64,000 nucleotides of DNA from Alphaproteobacteria bacterium (GCA_018823905.1 JAHJHL010000044.1:40150-104149); one strand, 5' to 3'. Shown: positions 9,773 to 19,482, numbered from the stretch's first letter. Notes: generated from the letters alone by a model not told the origin. Made by a program: numbers and translations.

Positions 9773-10957
9773 ATGCGGGCCTTTCTGAGCTCGACCTTCT
9801 TGCTCGGCGCAGGATCGGTCATCCACGCACTACGGGTGATTATTCTGTCATTCCTGCTCGGAAACCGGGATTTCGGGGCGGTTTCGACCATCCTGCTGAT
9901 CTCCACCCTGTTTGCGGAATTCGGGTCGCTCGGCTTTTCGCAGCTCGTCTATAACCAGCGCCTGTACACGCCGGGCGTTGCCAACCGGGCGTCGGTCAAC
10001 GTCAGCCGTTTCCTGATGACGGGACTGTCGATCATCAGCACGACGGCGATCCTGACCGCGCTCGTGATCTCCGGAACGGGATCCTTTCATATCGGAACCC
10101 TGTTCCTGACCCTTATCTGCGCCGCAGCAAACGTCATGATCCTTGCTACGTGCCGCGCATCGAACAACAAATTCACTCATCCTGTCGGCTATTTTCTGAA
10201 GTCGCTGATCGTGCTCGTCGATATCGCAGTGCTCGGAACGGGGCATATCGATATCGCCTCGATCATGTTGTGGGGCGAGATTCTGGCGACGCCCGTGCTG
10301 TTGTTCTACGCTTGGCGAAGCGGGGTTCTGCGACTGCGCTGGTCGATCTTTCGCAAGGCGCCGGGCCTTGTGGCAAGGCATCGCAACATCGCCTTCTTGG
10401 CCGTGATGTCGTCGATGTCGGCGCTGCTGTTCCTTAATCAGGAACGAATGGCCGGCGCCTTTTTCCTGACGCTCGAACAGATGGGCGTCATCACGAAGAT
10501 CATCCTGATCAAGATCATTGGCGGACAGTCGGCCTTCATCTTCGGCACCCATTTTCACCGCCACATCGTGGGATCGGATCAGGACGGGCGGGTGCGGACC
10601 TTCGCTCTTGTTCGCCGCTACGAGTTTTTCGTCTATCCGGCGCTGGCGCTGGGCTGCCTCATGATGATGATCCCCGTCCAGATGGCATATCAGGCGTTTT
10701 ACGGTATCGAGCTGGGCTACGCCGTCGCCGTCGCTGCGATGATCCTTGCGATCGTCTTTTTCTTCAACCCGTTCGCCATCCTTTTGCAGGCTTCGGGGCA
10801 TTTCGGAACGATCGCTCGAACCAATGCGATCGCCGTGACGCTGTTCCTCGCGCTCGCCATTTTCAGCTTCGACAGTTCCTATGTCGTCATCGCGTCCGCC
10901 GCGACGTCGCTGCTCTGGTATGTGCTGGTGCGCCGAGCCGCGTACCGGATTGTATGA
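9773..10957 (+). CDS. wzx: Putative oligosaccharide flippase (Wzx-like)
   Basis: Polytopic membrane protein with an N-terminal flippase-like pattern (ILSFLLGNRDFGAVSTILLI...FGSLGF) and a terminal position in a Wzy-type operon. Confidence 0.7.
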   Translation: MRAFLSSTFLLGAGSVIHALRVIILSFLLGNRDFGAVSTILLISTLFAEFGSLGFSQLVYNQRLYTPGVANRASVNVSRFLMTGLSIISTTAILTALVISGTGSFHIGTLFLTLICAAANVMILATCRASNNKFTHPVGYFLKSLIVLVDIAVLGTGHIDIASIMLWGEILATPVLLFYAWRSGVLRLRWSIFRKAPGLVARHRNIAFLAVMSSMSALLFLNQERMAGAFFLTLEQMGVITKIILIKIIGGQSAFIFGTHFHRHIVGSDQDGRVRTFALVRRYEFFVYPALALGCLMMMIPVQMAYQAFYGIELGYAVAVAAMILAIVFFFNPFAILLQASGHFGTIARTNAIAVTLFLALAIFSFDSSYVVIASAATSLLWYVLVRRAAYRIV

Positions 10958-10963
10958 AGCGGT

Positions 10964-11809
10964 CTAGGGGCGCGCGGCAATCCGCGCGCGCAGCGTCGCA
11001 AGGTCTTCGATCGGCATTGCCCGGAACTTCGCGTCCAGTTCGTCGACGGGAACCTCCGCGATGTTGAGACGAAACGGATCAGAATCGATCGACTGGAAGC
11101 CCGCTTGTGCAAACATCTCCAGAAACTGGCTGTGCCGCAGGCGGTTCATATAGAGGAAGCGGCTGTTGTGCGTTTCCCAGTCGCTGTCGCTGTAGCGCAG
11201 GAAGTTGATCCGCGAAGCACCTCCGCCGCGGGCGTAGTGGTCGCTATAGTCGATGATGTGAACGGTGATGCCGTCAGTTTTCAGTCGCTTCCGGGCTGCT
11301 GCGAGCACCTCTGCGAGCGATGCGGGCGGGATATGCTCCAGCGTATCGACCGAATAGAAACAGTCGAAATATTCCCCGCCGATATCGGTGATTCGCATCG
11401 GCGCGCGATAGTCGACACCGAAGGCGGCAAGATCGTCGAAGCTCGCGAAGGAGGGCACAGGAACGCCGAGTTGACTTGCGATGTAGCTGGCCGAATGGTT
11501 GATGAGATCGATCCGCGCCAGCCGCTCGATGTCGAGCGTCGTCACCGATCCGACGCCCATCATCCGGAGCGTCAGCGCTACCGCGACATCGCGGCCGGCA
11601 CCGATTTCGAGGAAACGCGCCTCACCGAGGCGCCCTTCAATGGCGGCCGCCGACAATATGTCGCGCGCGGCGACGATCAACTCGTCCAACACCGCTTCGG
11701 TACGCGGCCATTCATGCGTCACGTGGCGCTGCAGGAAATGATGCATCGCGCCGCCGAACGGAACTGACGACAGGATGCGAAACGCCGCGCTTTTGGTTTT
11801 CCAGTGCAT
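10964..11809 (-). CDS. Class I SAM-dependent methyltransferase
   Basis: FLEIGAG motif I, DCFYSVDTLEHIP, LKTDGITVHIID. Real start is ATG 11809 (MHWKTK); the ORF track extension overlaps pseI. Confidence 0.85.
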   Translation of the reverse strand: MHWKTKSAAFRILSSVPFGGAMHHFLQRHVTHEWPRTEAVLDELIVAARDILSAAAIEGRLGEARFLEIGAGRDVAVALTLRMMGVGSVTTLDIERLARIDLINHSASYIASQLGVPVPSFASFDDLAAFGVDYRAPMRITDIGGEYFDCFYSVDTLEHIPPASLAEVLAAARKRLKTDGITVHIIDYSDHYARGGGASRINFLRYSDSDWETHNSRFLYMNRLRHSQFLEMFAQAGFQSIDSDPFRLNIAEVPVDELDAKFRAMPIEDLATLRARIAARP

Positions 11810-11838
11810 GACTTCTCTTTTTATCTGCAGCTTCTGTT

Positions 11839-12909
11839 TCAGTCTGCGGCGGTGAACAGGTCCCAGCTTGCCGCCGTACCGCGCGCGGTATCGCGCAGAA
11901 CCCTGCGACCGAGCAACTGGTCGAGATATTTGGGCGGCAGGCCAAGTCCGGGACGGATCGCGCGCAGATTCTGCGATGTCAGCACGTCGCCCGCCTTCAT
12001 GTCCTCGACGATATAGAGCGACCGGCGGAACTGCAGCGAGCGCGTGTCGGCTTCGGTCGGGCCGTAGCGGACGGTACCGAAAGCGACTGCGGCGCGCGCC
12101 GTTTCCTGTACCATCGCAGCCAGTTCGTCGGGTTCGGAAGAGAAGGCGGCATCGACGCCGCCGTCGTCGCGGCTGAGCGTGAAGTGTTTTTCGATAACTA
12201 CCGCGCCGAAGGCCGCGGCAGCGACCGCGACGCCAATGCCCAGCGTGTGGTCCGAAAAGCCGATATGGCAATCGAACATCTCACCCATGTGCGGGATGTT
12301 GGCGAGGTTGCTGTTTTCGGGCGGGGCCGGGTAGCTGCTGGTGCATTTCAGCAGCACCAGATCCTTGCACCCCGCCCCGCGCGCGGCGGCCACGGCTTCG
12401 TCGATCTCGGCGATCGTCGCCATGCCGGTCGAAATGATCACCGGCTTGCCGGTCGCCGACACCCTGCGGATCAGCGGCAAGTCAACATTTTCGAATGATG
12501 CGATCTTGTAGCAGGGGACACCGAGTTCTTCGAGGAAGTCGACCGCGGTGGCGTCGAACGGGCTGCTGAAGCCGAGCACTCCGCGCTCGCTGCAGCGGTC
12601 GAAGATCGGCTTGTGCCATTCCCAAGGCGTCATCGCCTTCTGATAGAGCGCGTAGAGCGATTCGCCTTCCCACAGGCTGTTGGGGTCCGAAATGAAGAAT
12701 TCGCCCTCCGACAGATCGATCGTCATCGTGTCGGCGGTGTATGTCTGCAGCTTCACCGCGTGCGCCCCTGCCGCTGCAGCCAGATCGACGAGTTCGAGTG
12801 CGCGATCGAGCGAGCCGTTATGATTGCCCGACAACTCGGCGATGATCAGCGGCGGAAGACCCGGCCCAAGCTGATGAGATCCGATTTTTAGCGGTTTTTT
12901 TTCAATCAT
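11839..12909 (-). CDS. pseI: Pseudaminic acid synthase
   Basis: IIAELSGNHNGSLDRA...AVKLQTYTADTMT, YKIASFE, GFSDHTLG, IEKHFTL and a C-terminal SAF/AFP domain (RRSLYIV...IRPGLGLPP). Confidence 0.93.
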   Translation of the reverse strand: MIEKKPLKIGSHQLGPGLPPLIIAELSGNHNGSLDRALELVDLAAAAGAHAVKLQTYTADTMTIDLSEGEFFISDPNSLWEGESLYALYQKAMTPWEWHKPIFDRCSERGVLGFSSPFDATAVDFLEELGVPCYKIASFENVDLPLIRRVSATGKPVIISTGMATIAEIDEAVAAARGAGCKDLVLLKCTSSYPAPPENSNLANIPHMGEMFDCHIGFSDHTLGIGVAVAAAAFGAVVIEKHFTLSRDDGGVDAAFSSEPDELAAMVQETARAAVAFGTVRYGPTEADTRSLQFRRSLYIVEDMKAGDVLTSQNLRAIRPGLGLPPKYLDQLLGRRVLRDTARGTAASWDLFTAAD

Positions 12910-14386
12910 TTACAGTCCGTTCAAAGCTAAGGAGCCTAGGGCTATAGTCGGCACCCCGAAAGAGCGCAATCGAGGTACCGTTTTCCGGCCGGACGTCAGC
13001 GTGAAAGCGCTGAACGCCAGGGTGACGGGCGACCACCCATCTTTCGCCCGCTTGCAGCAACGCACGGCCCATGCCGTGACCTGCGTGACCGGGAGCGAGG
13101 AAGATGGAGACCGTGGCTGTTTCGCCGGCAAGGTCGAAGCGGACGAAGCCGATTTCGCGACCCTGCGCTACGCCGATCAGCATCAGCGTTTGCGGGTCGG
13201 CGATCCGGCGTGCGAACCATGAGCTATGGTCGTCCCACGGAATTTCGGCGGGATCGACCGCGGTTGCCCTTATTTCCGGAGCGTTGCGCCATTCCCAGAC
13301 CTTGCGAGCCTCGTCGGCATCGACGGGCCGGACGGCAACCTCGGGCGGAGCGATCGCGGCGGCAACGCGCGCGACGCCGCGACCGTCGACAGCCGCGGCA
13401 CCGGCGCCGGACATCAGGCTCAGCAGTGCCGGGCGCGATGAAAGCCATGTAACAAGTTGCTGCAATTCGATCCCGAAATCCGGACCGACGGGGAGCGCCA
13501 CGGCGCAACCATAGTCTTCGAGCGCCCGCGCGGTTTCCCGCTGGTTCTCGGCGATAACCCCGACGATGGAAGGAAGGCCAAGGCAGGCGCGCTCCCAGCT
13601 CGTCGATCCGCCAGCACCGATCGCAAGGTCGGCCGCGGCCATCAACTCCGACATATTGGTCGCGTCGATGTGAAGCGAGAGCTTCGCATCTTCGCCCGCT
13701 TGCCGTTGCAGCCGGTCGCGGTGCGGGGACAGGCTGGTGAGCACGGCGTCGATCGCGACATCGGGCAACGCCGCGCGAATCGCCGCGACGGCATCGCCTG
13801 TCAGGTTATCCGTATCGATACCGCCGAAGCTGACCAGAATCCGGGCGACAGTGCGCGATCGCGCGAGGCCTTCGCTGCGCCGGCGCGCGAATTCGGGACG
13901 CAGGAGCGCATAGCGCGGGCCGAGCAATTTACGACAGTCCGCAGGCACAAGCGCGTCATAGCGCGCCGCATCGCCGGGGGCGACATCAAGCAGCAGGTCG
14001 CAGTCATGTCGGCGGTCGGCGAGGTCGTCGATCACCGCGATGCGTGACGCGATCGCGCGCACCCTCTGTTCCCACGCCGGATCGATCCGGTAATGGTCGA
14101 CGACGAGCGCGGTAAAGGGGCCATGACCGGCAAGTGCCGCGATCATCTCTTCGGCATCACGTGCCGCGTCGAACGGGCCGGGCAGTTCGATCAGGCCGAA
14201 GCCTGCATCGCGGACCAGTCCGTTGAAGCTCTGCGCCGACGCGCGGCACACGAACAGGCACTCATACCCCCACTCGCGCAGTCGATCCGCAAGCGCGAGG
14301 CAGCGCCGCAGATGGCCCGAACCGATCGCAGCGTCGGCATCGGCCCGAAACAGGATGCTCGCGTTGGCGCGAGACCCGTCGGTCAT
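12902..14386 (-). CDS. pseG: Fused UDP-diacetamido-trideoxy-altropyranose hydrolase (PseG) and GNAT N-acetyltransferase (PseH-like)
   Basis: N-terminal FRADADAAIGSGHLRRCLALA, VVDHY, IDDLADR, SFGG.D and AGGSTSWERACLGLP (PseG). C-terminal VWEWRNAPEIR...IGFVRFD...GHGMG GNAT domain. Confidence 0.9.
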   Translation of the reverse strand: MTDGSRANASILFRADADAAIGSGHLRRCLALADRLREWGYECLFVCRASAQSFNGLVRDAGFGLIELPGPFDAARDAEEMIAALAGHGPFTALVVDHYRIDPAWEQRVRAIASRIAVIDDLADRRHDCDLLLDVAPGDAARYDALVPADCRKLLGPRYALLRPEFARRRSEGLARSRTVARILVSFGGIDTDNLTGDAVAAIRAALPDVAIDAVLTSLSPHRDRLQRQAGEDAKLSLHIDATNMSELMAAADLAIGAGGSTSWERACLGLPSIVGVIAENQRETARALEDYGCAVALPVGPDFGIELQQLVTWLSSRPALLSLMSGAGAAAVDGRGVARVAAAIAPPEVAVRPVDADEARKVWEWRNAPEIRATAVDPAEIPWDDHSSWFARRIADPQTLMLIGVAQGREIGFVRFDLAGETATVSIFLAPGHAGHGMGRALLQAGERWVVARHPGVQRFHADVRPENGTSIALFRGADYSPRLLSFERTVND

Positions 14387-15006
14387 CAGCCCTTCTTCAT
14401 CAGGAACCAGGTGACGTCGTCCTGCGGGAAATTGGGGTCGCGACGATAGCAGAAGCCGTAATCGACCAGTTCGAGATCGGGGAAGCGATCCATGATCTCG
14501 CCCGCGAAGTCGCGCTTGAACAGGCGATCATCGTGGCCGCGATAGGGTAGGGCAACCGGCGAGGGGTTATAATATTCGACGACGCAAACATATTTGCTGC
14601 TGCTGTTGTAAAGCTGATCGTAGACGCGCGGCAACTCGTCGGGGTTGATGTGGATCAGCACGCCCTTGATCAGCGACAGATCCCATTGGCGGTCGGCCGC
14701 GAAGTCGAAGATCGACTGTTCGCGGACCGTGCAGCGGCCCCATTGGCGCAATTCTTCGGCTGCGTGGCTGTTGATTTCTACCGCAGTCAGGTCGGCACCG
14801 GCGATCAGCGTGTCGATCGCGCGCAGGTTGAGGCCGATGTTGGCGCCGAACTCGACGACCGACTTGACGCCGCGGGTGCGGTTGAGAACTTTCGAGAAGA
14901 GCGCGGTGTTGGCGGCGATCCAGCCCGCGCCGATGTTGCGGTCCGAATATTCGTCGCCGAATTCACCGGCCCAGAAGGCTTCCTGCTCGGTAGCGAAACT
15001 GGTCAT
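14386..15006 (-). CDS. Pseudaminic acid biosynthesis-associated methylase
   Basis: TEQEAFWAGEFGDEY..RN, EFGANIGLNL, KGVLIHINPD, EYYNPSPV..YRGH..RLFKRDFAGE, the recognisable family pattern. TGATG overlap with pseG. Confidence 0.88.
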   Translation of the reverse strand: MTSFATEQEAFWAGEFGDEYSDRNIGAGWIAANTALFSKVLNRTRGVKSVVEFGANIGLNLRAIDTLIAGADLTAVEINSHAAEELRQWGRCTVREQSIFDFAADRQWDLSLIKGVLIHINPDELPRVYDQLYNSSSKYVCVVEYYNPSPVALPYRGHDDRLFKRDFAGEIMDRFPDLELVDYGFCYRRDPNFPQDDVTWFLMKKG

Positions 15007-15017
15007 CGTGGGTCTCC

Positions 15018-15740
15018 TTATATCTTCTGCTGTTCGACATGGGCGTTGATCGAACGCCAGTCGAGATGGGTTTCAAAGAGGGCGATCACGTCTGCGAGCG
15101 CGAGGGTATCGGGATCGGACGCTGCGGCGAAAATGCGGTCCAGAAGCTCGAAATCCTCGGGCGTATCGAGCGTCAGGCGGTAGTCCGAGAAATCCTCGGG
15201 GCCTTCGTGGCTGACGATACGGAACCGGTCGGGATTAGTATAGAGGAAGGGGGTGACATGCTCGCGTTCCGCCGGCGTCGCCGCTTCGGTAAGCATGATG
15301 TCGAGCGCGCTGCGCGAGAAAAGCTCGGCATCGAGCCCGCGCGGAAAGGTCCGGCGCAAGCAGTTGCTGACAAGGTCGGCGTCGCCGCCACGAAAGCGGT
15401 CCGTCATTGCGCCGAGCACGTCGGGATCGATCAACGGGCAATCGGCGGTGATCCGCATGATCGCATCGGCCGCGCTCGCCTCCGCCGCGAGACCGTAACG
15501 CGAGAGAACGTCATTCTCGTCGCCGCGAACGACCGTGGCCCCGAAATCCGCAGCAGCCTCGGCCGCCGGATCGTCGATGTCGCGGACGGTGGTCGCCACC
15601 ACGACTTCGTCGAAGGCGCGCGACGCGCGGACGCGTTCAATAACGCGCTGCAGAACGGGCTTGCCGGCGAGCGGCTTGAGGATCTTGCCCGGAAGCCGGG
15701 TCGATCCTATGCGCGCCTGGATGATCGCAACAACGCGCAC
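15018..15740 (-). CDS. SpsF-type acylneuraminate cytidylyltransferase (functional PseF equivalent)
   Basis: AIIQARIGSTRLPGKIL, RGDENDVLSRY, RITADCPLIDP, REHVTPF and RLTLDTPEDF motifs. Confidence 0.87.
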   Translation of the reverse strand: MRVVAIIQARIGSTRLPGKILKPLAGKPVLQRVIERVRASRAFDEVVVATTVRDIDDPAAEAAADFGATVVRGDENDVLSRYGLAAEASAADAIMRITADCPLIDPDVLGAMTDRFRGGDADLVSNCLRRTFPRGLDAELFSRSALDIMLTEAATPAEREHVTPFLYTNPDRFRIVSHEGPEDFSDYRLTLDTPEDFELLDRIFAAASDPDTLALADVIALFETHLDWRSINAHVEQQKI

Positions 15741-15743
15741 CGG

Positions 15744-16511
15744 TCAGCCGTGGAAATGGCTGCGCACGGGAATGCCCGCCGCGGCCAGATGCGCCTTCGC
15801 CTCGAGCGGCGTGGCTTGGGTGAACAGGTAGATGCTGGCCGCCGATACGGCGGAGGCGCCGGCCCTGACGGCCTCTTCCATATGGAGATAATTGCCCGCG
15901 CCGCCGCTCGCGATGACGGGTATCGATACAGCCGCTGCTATATCGGTGATCGTCCGGAGGTCATAACCTTCCATCAGGCTGTCGCGCTCGATCGAAGTCG
16001 CCTGTATCTCGCCCGCGCCGAGTCGTTCAAGTTCTTTCGCCCATTCGACCGGGTCGCGGCCGGTACCTTCGGTGCCGCAGCGGGTATAGCATTCGCGTCG
16101 ACCGTCGGCGTGGGTTCGATAGTCGATCGCCGCAACGATGCACTGCGCGCCATAGGCGTCCGAGGCCGCGGTGACGAGGCCGGGGTCGCTGTATGCGGCG
16201 CTGTTGATCGACATCTTGTCGGCGCCGGCGAGCAAGAGCTGGCGGATCTGGTCGAGCTTGGTGATGCCGCCGCCGACGGTCAACGGAACGAAGCATTCCT
16301 GCGCCAGCGTTGCGACCATGTCGATGTCGGGGCCACGTCCCGCGGGGGTCGCTGCGATGTCGAGCAGCACCATCTCGTCGACGTCGCGCCGGTTGAACAC
16401 CTTCACCGATTGCATCGGCGCGCCGACCGCGCGCCAGCTGTCGAAGGCGGGCCCCTTCACCAGATTGACCTCTCGCATCAGCAGGGTCGGAATGACGCGC
16501 GTCTTCAGCAT
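15744..16511 (-). CDS. HisF-like cyclase paralog of sugar-amidination system (WbuZ/HisF2 type)
   Basis: RVIPTLL, DEMVLLDI, VPLTVGGGI, GADKMSINS and PVIASGGAG. Located inside the Pse operon. Confidence 0.88.
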   Translation of the reverse strand: MLKTRVIPTLLMREVNLVKGPAFDSWRAVGAPMQSVKVFNRRDVDEMVLLDIAATPAGRGPDIDMVATLAQECFVPLTVGGGITKLDQIRQLLLAGADKMSINSAAYSDPGLVTAASDAYGAQCIVAAIDYRTHADGRRECYTRCGTEGTGRDPVEWAKELERLGAGEIQATSIERDSLMEGYDLRTITDIAAAVSIPVIASGGAGNYLHMEEAVRAGASAVSAASIYLFTQATPLEAKAHLAAAGIPVRSHFHG

Positions 16512-16520
16512 GGTGGAACT

Positions 16521-17132
16521 TTACAGTGCGAGGAAGTTCTTGAGCAGCCGGAATCCGGCGCGTGAGCTTTTTTCGGGATGGAACTGAACCCCGGCGACGC
16601 GACCTGCGCCGACCGCCGAGACGGTCTTGCCCGCATAAGGCGTTGTCGCGAGGATCGCATCTTCGCTGGCGGGGACGAAGCGGAAGCTGTGCACGAAATA
16701 GAAGTCGGCGCCCGATGGAATGCCGTCGAAGAGCGCACCGCCGCGATGGCACACTTCGTTCCAGCCAACGTGCGGTACACGCTCGGCGGCATCGGCCGGC
16801 ACGATCCGCTCGATGCGGCCCGGAATTAGGCCCAGTCCCTGTGTCTTCGAGACCTCGTCGCTTTCGTCGGTGAGAAGCTGCATGCCGAGGCATATTCCAA
16901 GCAACGGCAAGCCGTCATCGTGCACCGCCGCGCGCAGGGCATCGACCCAACTTGCCTCGCGCAGTCGCGCCATTGCCTGCGGAAAGGCCCCCACTCCCGG
17001 TACGACGATCCGGTCGGCCACCTTAATGGCTGCGGGATCGTCGCTGACGAGGGCGCGTCCGCCGCATTCCTCGATCGCGCGGCGGGCGGAAGCAATATTG
17101 CCCATTCCGTAATCGACAATGAGGACGGTCAT
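16521..17132 (-). CDS. HisH-like glutamine amidotransferase subunit (WbuY/HisH2 type)
   Basis: IVDYGMGN, PGVGAF, LGICLGMQLL, VPHVGWN, FYFVHS and VQFHPEKS (Cys-His-Glu triad). Confidence 0.9.
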   Translation of the reverse strand: MTVLIVDYGMGNIASARRAIEECGGRALVSDDPAAIKVADRIVVPGVGAFPQAMARLREASWVDALRAAVHDDGLPLLGICLGMQLLTDESDEVSKTQGLGLIPGRIERIVPADAAERVPHVGWNEVCHRGGALFDGIPSGADFYFVHSFRFVPASEDAILATTPYAGKTVSAVGAGRVAGVQFHPEKSSRAGFRLLKNFLAL

Positions 17133-17145
17133 GTCTCGGCGATCC

Positions 17146-18300
17146 TCAGAGGTTGTCGTCGTTGAGCTTGGCGAGGTTGCCGTGACGATCCTTGATCAAA
17201 TTGCCGCGCCCGTCGGCCTTGAAGATCGACTTGTTGGTGAAGCGGTCGCATATCTCGATGAATTCGTCGATGCTCATGCCGAGCGGCTCGAGGATCTGCT
17301 CGATCGACACACCGAGGTATGTCCAAGGGAATTTGCCGTCGTGAAGTTTGACCATCTGGATGGCATCCTGACGCGTGATGCGGCCGCGACGAACATGCAG
17401 ACAGGCGATGTCGGTCGATCGACCGAAGCCGAACTTCAGGAACTTGAAATAGTCGTGGATACCGGTCTGGAGATTGTCGAGATTTTCGTAGTTTACGATT
17501 GATCCCTCGACGGTCGCCGAGACGCTGGTGAAGCCAAAAGCCTGTGAAATCAGTGCGTTGGTATAGCCGTCCCACGGCAGATAGTGGCCGAGGAAGATGC
17601 CGGTCACGCCTACTCGCGCCAGTTCCTCGTCGGTGGGATAGCTGTAGGGGATCAGGTGGCGCTGTTCGATGCCGTCGATGCCGACGAGGTCGCTAACGCG
17701 CATGCCGAGCAAACCGCCGAATTCCTCGAGCCAGCGGCGCGTGAGCACATTGTTGTCGGCGGCGGAGGCAGGGCCGCCATATTCATTCTGCGAATTCTCG
17801 CCCCAGACAATCAGCGGGACATTGTACTGGACAGCCGCGCGCACCGGAATGGTAAAGATGCCGACATGTTCGGGCCAGCTGATGTCGCCCACATCGGTCA
17901 GTCCGATGCGGTTGAGCTTGCGGCGCACAACCGGATTAGGGCTGAATTCGACATAGTCGACGCCCAGATCCTTGATATTCTGGATATTCTTGCGTCCGAT
18001 CTCGGACAGGTGGCAGGTCGTCGCGGTGATGCACAGCGGGTTCATGCCGAGCTGCAGCATCCGGATGACTTGATAGGTGCTGTCCTTGCCGCCGCTGACC
18101 GGAACGATGCAGTCCCACTGGCTGCCGTCTTTGCTGCGGTAGCGGTCTGTGACTTCCTTCAGTTCCGCCGCACGCATGTCCCAGTCGACTTCGGTGCGCT
18201 TCTCGTACGACCGGCAGGCGTTGCACACGCCTTCGTCGTCGATTCGCAGGTCCGGCTTGGTGTGCGGCATTACGCAGCGGACGCAGTAACGAAGCTCCAC
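17146..18300 (-). CDS. pseA: N-acetyl sugar amidotransferase (PseA/WbuX family)
   Basis: YCVRCVMP.TKP....DDEGVCNAC, PP-loop VSGGKDS, WGENSQNEYGG and HDYFKFLKFGFGR. Confidence 0.88.
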   Translation of the reverse strand: MELRYCVRCVMPHTKPDLRIDDEGVCNACRSYEKRTEVDWDMRAAELKEVTDRYRSKDGSQWDCIVPVSGGKDSTYQVIRMLQLGMNPLCITATTCHLSEIGRKNIQNIKDLGVDYVEFSPNPVVRRKLNRIGLTDVGDISWPEHVGIFTIPVRAAVQYNVPLIVWGENSQNEYGGPASAADNNVLTRRWLEEFGGLLGMRVSDLVGIDGIEQRHLIPYSYPTDEELARVGVTGIFLGHYLPWDGYTNALISQAFGFTSVSATVEGSIVNYENLDNLQTGIHDYFKFLKFGFGRSTDIACLHVRRGRITRQDAIQMVKLHDGKFPWTYLGVSIEQILEPLGMSIDEFIEICDRFTNKSIFKADGRGNLIKDRHGNLAKLNDDNL

Positions 18301-18315
18301 AAAATTTCTCCTAAA

Positions 18316-19476
18316 TCAGCTCAGGGCGCGGGTCAGGGATGCAATCACCCGATCCTGCTGCTCTTCGGTCATGGTGGGAAAGAGGGGGATGGAAATCGCC
18401 CGGCCGTAGTAACGCTCGCTGTCGGGGAAATCCCCGGCGGCGAAGCCCAGCCTGCGATAGTCGGGCTGAAGATGGATCGGGATGTAGTGAACATTCGGCG
18501 AAATGCCGTCGTCCCGCAGCCGATCGAAAACCTCGCGGCGCGTCTTCGGCGTCCGTGCGTCGTCGATCTCGATTACATAGAGATGATGTGCCGAGGTGCG
18601 GTCGTTCGACCGCGGCGGCAGGCGCAGGGCAAGGCTGGCAAGCGCGTCGTCGTATCGCCTTGCGAGCAGATCGCGCCGCGCCTCGCTTTCGGCAAGCCGA
18701 GTGAGCTGGGACGAACCGAGTGCGGCTTGGATATCGGTAAGCCGGTAGTTGAAGCCGAGCCCGACCTGCTCGTAATACCAGGGGCCATCGGGTTCGCTGT
18801 CCATTTCTGTGGGATCGCGCGTGATCCCGTGGCTGCGTGCCTTGCGCATCGCGGCCGCGAGGTCTGCATCATCGGTCAGGCACAGACCGCCTTCGCCGGT
18901 GGTGATGATCTTGACCGGATGGAAGCTGAATACCGAGATGTCGGCGTAGCGGCCGACGGGCTCGCCGTGATAGCTCGCGCCTACCGCATGCGAGCTGTCC
19001 GAGATGATCCGGAAGCCATAGCGATCTGCGAGTTCGCGGATTTCCTTCATGTCGCAGGGGTAGCCCCCGAAATCGACGGGAATGACAATGCCGGGCAGGC
19101 TGCCGTCTTCCGCGGCGAGGGCGAGTTTGTCTGCCAGCTTTTCGACTGAGATGTTGCGCGTTGCGGGATCGATGTCGACGAAATCGACGGTCGCGCCGCA
19201 ATAGCGCGCACAGTTCGCCGATGCGACGAAGCTGTTCGGAGTCGTCCACACGCGTATGCCCGGACCGGCGCCGAGCGCAAGACACGCGATGTGAAGCGCT
19301 CCGGTGGCGTTGGCGACCGCGACGCCGTGCCGCATCCCGTGCAGCGCTGCAAACTCTTCCTCGAATTTCGGAACCGCTGGCCCCTGCGTCAGGAAAGGTG
19401 CACGCAGGACTTCGGCGACGGCGGCGATGTCGGCTTCGCTGATATCCTGGCAGCTATAGGGGATGGGCTTTGACAT
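18316..19476 (-). CDS. pseC: UDP-4-amino-4,6-dideoxy-N-acetyl-beta-L-altrosamine transaminase
   Basis: IPYSCQDISEADI...FLTQGP, NATGALH, FSFHPVKIITTGEGG (PLP lysine), LGFNYRLTD and VHYIPIH. Confidence 0.93.
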   Translation of the reverse strand: MSKPIPYSCQDISEADIAAVAEVLRAPFLTQGPAVPKFEEEFAALHGMRHGVAVANATGALHIACLALGAGPGIRVWTTPNSFVASANCARYCGATVDFVDIDPATRNISVEKLADKLALAAEDGSLPGIVIPVDFGGYPCDMKEIRELADRYGFRIISDSSHAVGASYHGEPVGRYADISVFSFHPVKIITTGEGGLCLTDDADLAAAMRKARSHGITRDPTEMDSEPDGPWYYEQVGLGFNYRLTDIQAALGSSQLTRLAESEARRDLLARRYDDALASLALRLPPRSNDRTSAHHLYVIEIDDARTPKTRREVFDRLRDDGISPNVHYIPIHLQPDYRRLGFAAGDFPDSERYYGRAISIPLFPTMTEEQQDRVIASLTRALS

Positions 19477-19482
19477 CGGGGA

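Noticed and set aside
11810-12271. N-terminal extension of the 435-aa methyltransferase ORF, and similar extensions of purF, the KpsS-like gene, wzy and UPF0016
   Set aside because: The extensions overlap neighbouring genes or a riboswitch and are low-complexity Arg-rich; downstream starts fit motifs and RBS or stop-start overlaps.
15744-17132. Housekeeping histidine genes hisF/hisH
   Set aside because: They sit inside the Pse operon next to a PseA/WbuX amidotransferase, the known context for ammonia-channelling paralogs.
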